From the NCBI GenBank assembly GCA_036351155.1, contig JAZBOO010000139.1, positions 1-15,151 on the forward strand: DNA of 15,151 bases, read 5' to 3'. Shown here one piece after another: positions 1-9,198 of the stretch. The position numbers and the translations under genes were made by a program. The notes beneath the pieces were generated by a model. It did no database searches and had not been told where the DNA came from. It saw only the letters and a list, made by a program, of their open reading frames with translations. How positions within the stretch are numbered: the stretch's first letter is position 1; each line of letters opens with the position of its first letter. The DNA is from Candidatus Krumholzibacteriia bacterium (GTDB lineage Bacteria; Krumholzibacteriota; Krumholzibacteriia; LZORAL124-64-63).

Positions 1-1360
<1,360 letters not shown>

Positions 1361-1488
1361 TGTTTCCTCCTGGACCGGCCGGCACCCCGGCAGTCGCTGG
1401 TTTGCATTCTTGTGGGAGGATGCGACCTGATTTATTCTCCATCCGGAATCACCATCACCGCTCCCTGGACCCAACCGAGGAAAACGAC

Positions 1489-2751
1489 GTGTCTGAACAC
1501 TCCGAAAAGCCCACCCCGGCCACGCCGCCCATCCTGGTGCGCAAGTACGGGGGTTCCAGCCTGGAAAGTGCCGCCCGGATCAAGGAAGTGGCGCGCGACC
1601 TGGCCCAGGTCCGGCGCCAGGGCTTTGGCCTGGTGGTGGTGGTCAGCGCCATGGGCAAGACCACCAACGAGCTGGCCCGGCTGGCCGACCAGGTGAGCGA
1701 AGATCCCCCCCGGCGGGAAATGGATATGCTGCTGTCGGTGGGGGAACGCATCACCATGAGCCTGCTGTCCATGGCCCTGGCCGAGGAGGGATGCCCCGCC
1801 ATCAGCTTCACCGGCAGCCAGTGCGGCATCATCACCGACACCAGCCACAGCGACGCCCGGATCCTGGAGGTCAAGGGGGACCGTGTACGTCAAGCCCTGG
1901 CACGGGGCTACACGGTGGTGGTGGCCGGTTTCCAGGGGGTCAGCCAGGAAAAGGAAATCACCACCCTGGGACGCGGCGGCAGTGACACCACAGCGGTGGC
2001 CCTGGCTGCCGCCCTGGGCGCCCTTCGCTGCGAAATTCTGAAGGATGTGGATGGGGTCATGAGCGCCGACCCCACAGAAATTCCCGAGGCCTGGCAGCAC
2101 ACCGCCCTGGACAGCGGACAGATGCAGGACATCGCCAGCACCGGCTGCGGGGTGGTTCATGTCCGGGCAGTGGAGTACGCCGCCCGCCACGGGGTGGAAC
2201 TGGTGGTCCGCAGCAGCTTCCACGAAGAACCGGGGACCATGATTTCCCCGGATCCCACGGCCCGCTGTGGCGAGCAACCTTCCGCCGCGCGCGAGAATCG
2301 CTACCGCCCTCTGGCCATGTCCGTGCACCGGGACCTGTGGCGCCTGGGACTGAGTACCCCCACCCCGGCCCGGGGCATCCTGTGGCGCGACCTGGTCCTG
2401 ACCCACCTGGACCCCACCCGCATCGTGGCCGAATGGATGGACTGCGGTTCGGGATTCCGCTGGGAGGTGGTGGCCCCGAGAGCGGCACTCCAGGCTCTGA
2501 TCGAAACCTTGCCACCGGCCGAGGACGGGGAAGCCATCAGCATCGAGGAAAACCTGACCAGCCTCAGCTTCGCCGGCGGGCAGCCCGACAGCTGGCTGGA
2601 GGTGCAGCGGCATCTGACCGATCTGCTGACTCGCCTGGGTTGTGATCAGTGGCGATTGCGGGCGGACGGAACGGCGCTCAGGGTCCTGTTGCCGGCTGGG
2701 TTTGACCCGGACCTTCCGCGTCAGCTGCATCAGGCCCTGCTTCCGGAGTGA
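1489..2751 (+). CDS. lysC: Aspartate kinase (amino-acid kinase domain plus divergent C-terminal region), ~420 aa
   Basis: [40 protein letters not shown] and DVDGV..ADP are aspartokinase motifs. Likely start is GTG at 1489 after GAGG; the track start at 1360 would collide with the radC start. Confidence 0.9.
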   Translation: MSEHSEKPTPATPPILVRKYGGSSLESAARIKEVARDLAQVRRQGFGLVVVVSAMGKTTNELARLADQVSEDPPRREMDMLLSVGERITMSLLSMALAEEGCPAISFTGSQCGIITDTSHSDARILEVKGDRVRQALARGYTVVVAGFQGVSQEKEITTLGRGGSDTTAVALAAALGALRCEILKDVDGVMSADPTEIPEAWQHTALDSGQMQDIASTGCGVVHVRAVEYAARHGVELVVRSSFHEEPGTMISPDPTARCGEQPSAARENRYRPLAMSVHRDLWRLGLSTPTPARGILWRDLVLTHLDPTRIVAEWMDCGSGFRWEVVAPRAALQALIETLPPAEDGEAISIEENLTSLSFAGGQPDSWLEVQRHLTDLLTRLGCDQWRLRADGTALRVLLPAGFDPDLPRQLHQALLPE

Positions 2752-3946
2752 ACTCACGCAGGAGGTATTCGCGCCAGGTGCCGCCCGGCAACTTGCGGCA
2801 GGCCACGTCGAGCCAGTGGGCCGCCTGGAACGGGTCGGCCAGCTTGCCGTGGTACAGGTGGACCAGGCGCACCAGGGCCCGCTGACCGGCCGCTGTGGCC
2901 GGGTAGCAGGTGTAGAGTTCCTGATAGGCCCCTCGGGCTCCCTCATAGTCCCACTGCTTCTCCATGAACGTGGCCAGAGTTTGAAGAGTGTCCGGGGGAA
3001 GCATGCTCGTCAGTTCGGCACGCCTGATTTCCCGGTACAGCTCCAGTGCTTCGTCAAGTTCCCGCCGGGCCAGCAACCTGCGCAGGGTATGGTGATAATC
3101 ACGGAAGGCAGGAATGGTTTGCCCCACCATGCGGAGCGCCCGCGCCCGCCCCAGCCGCGCCTGTTCATCCTCCGGATTCAAGCTCAGATACTCGGTCCAG
3201 GCGCCCACCGAGGCGTGATATGCCCCCTGGGTGAAGTATTCCAGCGCCTGAACCCGGCGGGTTTCGGTGCGGCCGGCCGACAGCTGCCCCAGGATCAGGG
3301 CCAGGCCCAGTCCCATGCTGAATCCCCCCAGGTGGGCCCCGTAGGACACCGAGGCTCCCGTTTCTCGGGCCACCAGCGTATGAGCCAGTTGCAGCAGCAA
3401 CCAGCCGGCAGCCGCCAGCCCGATGGGCAGATGGGATTTCCCGGCCCGGTTCTGTCCCGCCAGCGGAGCAAAAACCCACCACCCCACCAGAACCCGCGCA
3501 CTGTAGAAGCGCACCATGGCAAAGGCCAGCAATCCAGCCAGAGCTCCGGAAGCTCCCAGAACCCCCACGCCCTGGGTGCCCAACAAGCCCCATACCGAAA
3601 CCAGCCCGTGCACCAGATTGCCGAACGAGCCCACCAGCAAAAAAACCAGGAGAAAAGTGCCCGATCCCAGGCGGTCTTCCAGCGGAGGTCCGAACACATT
3701 GAAATAGATGATGTTACCCAGGAGGTGGAGCCACCCCGAATGCAGAAAGAGGGCCGTGATGGCCGTCCAGGGGGCGGCATTTCCCGGGTAAAAGACCAGG
3801 TTCCAGGGGTCGTAACCCAGAGCCTCGGGCCGGTAGCGCATCCACAGGAAGGCAACCACCATCACCACGGTGATCAGGCGTGTCAACACCGGGGGACGGG
3901 TGGCCTGCCGATCCAGCCCCAGGGGATAGAAATAGAAGAAATACAT
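2678..3946 (-). CDS. Rhomboid-family intramembrane serine protease with C-terminal helical (TPR-like) domain
   Basis: [13 protein letters not shown], catalytic GASG and AHLGGF motifs with several hydrophobic helices. The C-terminal ~180 aa show a TPR-like pattern ([32 protein letters not shown]). ATG at 3946 is preceded by GGGAG. Confidence 0.9.
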   Translation of the reverse strand: MYFFYFYPLGLDRQATRPPVLTRLITVVMVVAFLWMRYRPEALGYDPWNLVFYPGNAAPWTAITALFLHSGWLHLLGNIIYFNVFGPPLEDRLGSGTFLLVFLLVGSFGNLVHGLVSVWGLLGTQGVGVLGASGALAGLLAFAMVRFYSARVLVGWWVFAPLAGQNRAGKSHLPIGLAAAGWLLLQLAHTLVARETGASVSYGAHLGGFSMGLGLALILGQLSAGRTETRRVQALEYFTQGAYHASVGAWTEYLSLNPEDEQARLGRARALRMVGQTIPAFRDYHHTLRRLLARRELDEALELYREIRRAELTSMLPPDTLQTLATFMEKQWDYEGARGAYQELYTCYPATAAGQRALVRLVHLYHGKLADPFQAAHWLDVACRKLPGGTWREYLLREFTPEAGPDAADAEGPGQTQPATGP

Positions 3947-4056
3947 CCAGAAACTCCCGCGCACCTGGCGCGCCTGGGCACAGCACGACCACCGGGGAAG
4001 GCGCAGAGGCCGTCCACTCAGATTCTGGATATCAATTCGTCAAAAAACCGATGGGA

Positions 4057-4769
<713 letters not shown>

Positions 4770-4770
<1 letters not shown>

Positions 4771-6221
4771 CACATGTCCCGGCCGTAGCTGCTGACCCTG
4801 CCCACGGCGCGCTCCAGCTGGGCTTCACCGATCAGGAAATCGCACATGGCCTGCACTTCCTGCGCCCGGCTGTTGGCCAGGTTGACCTGCGCGGTGATGA
4901 TGTCCAGTGTGGTCCCCGCCCCCACCCGGAAGCGTTCCTGAGCCAGACGCAGCTCTTCCTCGGACTGGATGATGGTTTCGCGGCTCACGTTGGCCCGCTC
5001 CCGGGCCTCGACCAGATTGTTGTGCAGCTGTCGGATTTCGACCTGCACGTTCATCCTCGCCTGCTCCAGCTCGTACTGGGCGATGCGCGCGTTGGCCTTG
5101 GCCTTGGAGCGTCCGGTCAGGGTCTGCATGCGGTCGAAAATATTCCAGGACACGGAATAGCCCCAGCTCGTGCTCCCGGATTTCTGGGAACCGAACTTGA
5201 AGGGCGAATCGTTGGTGTAGCGGGTGTGGCTGACATTCAGGTCCACGCGAGGCAGCAAGTTGCTGCTCGCGCTGGTCACGTCATTTTGACGCGCCTGGAG
5301 ATAATACTCATTGCTGGTCAGATCCAGCCGGGAGTCCAGGGCTTCCATGTACAGGGATTCCACATCCTCGACCTGGAAGTCCGTGTCCAGCACGGAAAAA
5401 TCCACCCGAAAAGCCGCCACCAGCGGGCGGTTCATGGCGTAGGCCAGGTCCACGAAGGCCTTCTTGACGTTGTTGTCGGCCACCACGACGTCAAGCTTGG
5501 TGTTCTCCAGCCGCACGCGCTGCTGAAGGACATCGCTCTTGGCGGCACTGCCCAGGCGGAAGTAGGTTTCGGTCCGCTCCAGCTCCTTGGCCGCCTGGTC
5601 ACGAGAATCGTTGGCCACCACCAGGAGGCGGTTGTACCGCAGAAGGTTGAAATAGGCCATGGTCACGTCCTGGACCACCAGTTCGCGGGTGTAGTCGCGG
5701 GTGGCCTCGGCCGCCGACAGGTTGTTCTTGGCCGCGCTCAGGTTGGCAAACTTGCTGAAGCCGGCAAACAGGTTCAACGAGGCCTGTCCCCCGAAATCCT
5801 TGTAGGTGGAGCTCACCGTTTCATCGGTCAGCCCGTTGAGCACCGAGACTTGCTGGAACCACATGGTCGAATCACCCGCCGAGTCATAGGTGTAGAAGGC
5901 CTCGTTGGAGAAGGTCCGGTCGTCCACGTCGTAATCGGTTCGCTCGGATTTGCTCCAGCGGTGGGACAGGCTCACATCGGGCAGGAACGCCCCCTTGGCC
6001 CCGGTCACATCCTTGGCCGCGATGAACCGGCGCTCCTCGCTGATCATCAACGAGGGGCTGCTCTGCAGGGCCAGGTCAACGCATTCCCTCAGGGAGAGGA
6101 TGGGCAAGTTCTCACCATTGGTCTCTTGTGCCGCAGCGGGACCCACGGACCCCAGAACACCAGCCAGGAGCACGGGGAGGATCAGGATCAGGCGTGAAAA
6201 GCGGAATTGGGCAACGCGCAT
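4770..6221 (-). CDS. TolC-family outer membrane efflux channel
   Basis: Signal peptide ending PAAA/QE, then [15 protein letters not shown], two internal repeats (AFLPDVSL / [21 protein letters not shown] / [15 protein letters not shown]), ending LERAVG. ATG at 6221 is preceded by AGGGAG; the track start at 6341 runs through the repeat region and is unlikely. Confidence 0.92.
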
Positions 6222-6268
6222 TATTAAAACTCCCTGAAAATCGGATGTCGAAGTGGCCATGACTGGAG

Positions 6269-6323
6269 ATCCAGAGAACATCCAGAGGATATCCAGAGGC
6301 CATCCAGAAGCCATCATAAAACC
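6269..6323. repeat. Imperfect 11-bp tandem direct repeat (4 good copies and 1 degenerate) upstream of tolC
   Basis: ATCCAGAGAAC (6269), ATCCAGAGGAT (6280), ATCCAGAGGCC (6291), ATCCAGAAGCC (6302), ATCATAAAACC (6313). The core ATCCAGA is exact in the first four. Confidence 0.9.
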
Positions 6324-6432
6324 AGATGCTGGGCAAACCAACCGGAAACATTACGCAACTGACGCCGGCCAGTTGCGCGAGGATGGAAAATACCCGCGAA
6401 AAACAAAACGCCTGGCTGCGCCAGAACCTTCG

Positions 6433-6467
6433 AAAAAAGTGGCCGCGCCTTTGAAGACGCGGCCACT
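6433..6467 (-). terminator. Intrinsic terminator of the exbB-exbD-exbD-tonB unit
   Basis: Perfect 10-bp inverted repeat AGTGGCCGCG (6438-6447) / CGCGGCCACT (6458-6467) followed on the minus strand by a T-run (aaaaaa, 6433-6438), about 65 nt after the tonB stop. Confidence 0.88.
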
Positions 6468-6530
6468 CGGCAAAAGGTTCCCTGAATCCGCTCCGGAACG
6501 TGTCCAGAAAAATTCCGGGTCAACTCCAGA

Positions 6531-7184
6531 TCAATGGAGACGGAAGTTGAACGGGATCGCCATCCAGGCCTTCACCGGAATATTCCGCTGCTTGCCCGGG
6601 AAGAAGGTCCACTTGCGCGCCGCGATGAGCGCCTGCTTGTCCAGGATGGGATTGACACCCTGGAGAATCTGGGCGTCCTTCACCAGTCCATCGGGGCCCA
6701 CCAGAACCTTCACGATGACCGTGCCCTCGATCTGGGCCCGACGCGCCATCTCGGGATAGTCGGCCTTGGCGCGCGTCTTGAACTTGGGCTTTTCACTGCT
6801 GGCCACGAAACCGGTATCCCCACCCAGATCGTACTGGGCGGTGGTGCTGGTGATGGCCGTGTCCAGATCCATCAGGGTGTCGGCGATCTCGACGTCCTCG
6901 GTCACCTCATCATCGGGGGCAGCCTCGATGACCTTGGGCGGCGGGGGCGCTTCGACCGGCGGCGGGGGCAATTCGATGACTTCCTGGTCCTCGATGTCCA
7001 CCACCTCGAACTCTTCCTGACGGAGCTTGTACGGGTTGGGCTTGATGTCGGGAAATAGCGCCCACAAAATGGCCACGATGATCAGGGCGGCAATTCCCGA
7101 CCAGCGCAGGTACTTGTTGTACTGCGCCTTGAAATCATCATTCGCCGAAGCCCGGAGCCCGCTGTTCACCGAAAGGGTGCTCAT
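6531..7184 (-). CDS. tonB: Energy transducer TonB
   Basis: Single N-terminal TM helix, Pro-rich acidic linker (LPPPPVEAPPPPK) and TonB C-terminal domain (YPEMARRAQIEGTVIVKVLVGPDGLV...WTFFPG...IPFNFRL). ATG at 7184 is preceded by AGGAG, which overlaps the exbD stop. Confidence 0.93.
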   Translation of the reverse strand: MSTLSVNSGLRASANDDFKAQYNKYLRWSGIAALIIVAILWALFPDIKPNPYKLRQEEFEVVDIEDQEVIELPPPPVEAPPPPKVIEAAPDDEVTEDVEIADTLMDLDTAITSTTAQYDLGGDTGFVASSEKPKFKTRAKADYPEMARRAQIEGTVIVKVLVGPDGLVKDAQILQGVNPILDKQALIAARKWTFFPGKQRNIPVKAWMAIPFNFRLH

Positions 7185-7191
7185 GTCACTC

Positions 7192-7617
7192 CTAATACTT
7201 TGAACCGGGGTTGGATTCGATGTCGTTGTTGAAGAAGACACGCACCGCGTTGACCTCTTTCAACTCTTCCATGACATCGCTGACCACCCCGTAATCGGTG
7301 TAGGTGTCCGTCTTGAAGGCGACGATCAACTGGGGGTTCTCGTTGATCTTCTGCCCGATGATGTCGGTGATGTGCTTGATCTGCACCAGACGATCATCGA
7401 TGGAGATCTGCCCCACCCGGTTGATATAGATGTTCGAGACCAACTCGCGGTTGACCTCTTCGCCCGCCTCGGCCCTGGGCAGCTCCACCGGCAGCCCGGT
7501 TTCTTCACGGAAAATGGTCGTCACCATGAAGAAAATCAGCAGCAGGAAGGCGATATCGCCCATCGAGGAGGTCGGAATGAATGTGCCTTTGTTTGTCTTA
7601 CGTCCAAAATCCATCAT
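7192..7617 (-). CDS. exbD: Biopolymer transport protein ExbD/TolR (second copy)
   Basis: TM segment SSMGDIAFLLLIFFMVTT with the essential Asp; periplasmic domain with YGVVSDVMEELK; AGGAGG RBS. Confidence 0.93.
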   Translation of the reverse strand: MMDFGRKTNKGTFIPTSSMGDIAFLLLIFFMVTTIFREETGLPVELPRAEAGEEVNRELVSNIYINRVGQISIDDRLVQIKHITDIIGQKINENPQLIVAFKTDTYTDYGVVSDVMEELKEVNAVRVFFNNDIESNPGSKY

Positions 7618-7628
7618 CCGCCTCCTTT

Positions 7629-8048
7629 CTATTCCTTGGCTGTCTTGAGAGAAACCTTGTTGGCATTGGCCAGCCGCAACTCATCCAGACAGGCCACCAT
7701 CTTGCCGTAATCGGCGTCGGGATGAACCTTGAGCACCACCACCAGCTTGGGGTTGGCCAGGATCCTGTCCGAGATGGCCTGCTTGATGTGGTTGATCTCG
7801 ATGCTGTTGCGATCCAGGGTGATGAAGTTGTTCTCGTCCACGTAAAGCGTGGCGATGTTACTTTCTTTCACCTTGATGCTGTCTTGCTGGTCCTTCTGCT
7901 TGCCGGGCAGGACAAGGGTCAAGCCCTGCTCGGCAGCAAAGATGGTCGTGACGATGAAGAAGATCAGCAGAAGGAACGCCACGTCGGCGGTCGAGTCCAT
8001 GCGCAACTCGCCGAGCGGCTCCTTCTTCTTTTTCTTCATGATGCCCAT
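7629..8048 (-). CDS. exbD: Biopolymer transport protein ExbD/TolR (first copy)
   Basis: STADVAFLLLIFFIVTT TM motif with Asp; VLKVHPDADYGKMVACLDEL periplasmic motif. Confidence 0.93.
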   Translation of the reverse strand: MGIMKKKKKEPLGELRMDSTADVAFLLLIFFIVTTIFAAEQGLTLVLPGKQKDQQDSIKVKESNIATLYVDENNFITLDRNSIEINHIKQAISDRILANPKLVVVLKVHPDADYGKMVACLDELRLANANKVSLKTAKE

Positions 8049-8117
8049 CGCTCAATCCTTCCGCATTGTCCCCATTAAAAGGCCCCACATCAAAATAGGG
8101 AGTCTCCAGGTGGGAGA

Positions 8118-8996
8118 CTAGCCCTTCATCCGTTCCAGCTCTTCGATCAGTTCAGCACTGGTCTCTTCCATTTCGATGACGAAACGGTCGATGGCCGACA
8201 CGAAGTAGTTGTAACCGATGGTGGCGGGGATGGCGACGATCAGACCGCTGGCGGTGGTGATCAGGGCTTCGGAGATACCGGAGGCCACGAGCTTGGCGTT
8301 CACCTGTTCACTGGCGGCAATGGCATCGAAGGCATTGATCATACCGGACACCGTACCGAGGAAGCCCATCAGCGGGGCAATGGTGGTCACCGAGGAGATC
8401 CAGATCAGCCCACGCTCGAGGAACGACATCTCGATGGTTCCGGCGGTGGCGATGGCCTTCTCGACCGATTCACGACCCTTGTCGGCCTTCTGCAGACCGG
8501 AGTACAGGATGGCGGCAATGGGCCCGCGCACCTTCTGACACTCCTCGGCCGCAGCCTGGACACCATCACTCCGCAGAGTGGTGATGATGGTCCCGATCAG
8601 GCGTCGGGTGTTCACCCGGGCCCGGTACAGGGTCCAGCCACGCTCGATGATGAAGATGAGCCCCACGAGGGCCACCAGGAAGATGGGGATCATGAAGGGA
8701 CCACCGGCCACGAACTTCTTGCCCAGGCCGGTCTGTCCGATCGCAGAGCGATCGATGATACCCATGATACCACCGAGAGGCTCGATGATCACAGGCACTT
8801 CCTGCAGGGAGTCGGCCGCGGTGGAGCCAAAGCCCAGGGAGTCGCTTGACGCCTGAATCTTGGCGAACTTGGCAGCGGTGGGATTCTCTTCTGCCGCCTC
8901 ATCCTGGGCCAGCACCGGCATCACGAACATGAGGGCCAGCAGGCCGACGGAAAGGAGCCGGAAACAGGCGTTTTTCAACGTACCGTTACGAGCCAT
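8118..8996 (-). CDS. exbB: MotA/TolQ/ExbB proton channel protein with signal peptide and N-terminal extension
   Basis: GGPFMIPI TM1, IAPLMGFLGTVSGMINAF and GISEALITTASGLIVAIPA motifs; signal-like N-terminus ending VLA/QD; GGGAG RBS; followed by exbD-exbD-tonB. Confidence 0.94.
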   Translation of the reverse strand: MARNGTLKNACFRLLSVGLLALMFVMPVLAQDEAAEENPTAAKFAKIQASSDSLGFGSTAADSLQEVPVIIEPLGGIMGIIDRSAIGQTGLGKKFVAGGPFMIPIFLVALVGLIFIIERGWTLYRARVNTRRLIGTIITTLRSDGVQAAAEECQKVRGPIAAILYSGLQKADKGRESVEKAIATAGTIEMSFLERGLIWISSVTTIAPLMGFLGTVSGMINAFDAIAASEQVNAKLVASGISEALITTASGLIVAIPATIGYNYFVSAIDRFVIEMEETSAELIEELERMKG

Positions 8997-9198
8997 TGTG
9001 AAAGTCTCCCTTTCAAGAAGTGGGACCCGAAAAAGCTAGTGCCGACGGCTGTATCTGGCAGGTGGGGAGCCAGCTTGAAGCCGCGGATAGGTCCTGTGAA
9101 CTGAGAGCGGAAAACCGCCCGTGGACCCTTGTTTCACCCGGTCTAGGAGTCTAGTCGCACCGATATAATTAGTGCAGACAGGGGGGCCAAGTCAAACC

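Noticed and set aside
1361..1488. Lysine riboswitch upstream of the aspartokinase
   Set aside because: The gap is only 128 nt and must also hold divergent promoters, shorter than a typical lysine riboswitch; no consensus elements recognised.
6269..6323. Repeat array considered as CRISPR or plasmid iterons
   Set aside because: The units are only 11 bp with no unique spacers, and there is no cas or rep gene nearby; the context is chromosomal.
6253..6759. 168-aa plus-strand ORF across the tolC-tonB intergenic region
   Set aside because: It crosses the repeat array and terminator and overlaps tonB antisense, with no recognisable domain.
6531..8996. Tol-Pal (tolQRA) or MotAB assignment
   Set aside because: No tolB or pal follows, there is no OmpA-like peptidoglycan-binding domain as in MotB, and the last gene has a short Pro-rich linker with a TonB-type C-terminal domain rather than the long helical TolA linker.
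8997..9198. Cobalamin riboswitch or Fur box ahead of exbB
   Set aside because: Only fragments resemble the cobalamin consensus (GGTGAAA, CCTGCC); the GGGAA and B12-box elements are not properly arranged, and no GATAATGATAATCATTATC-like box is seen.
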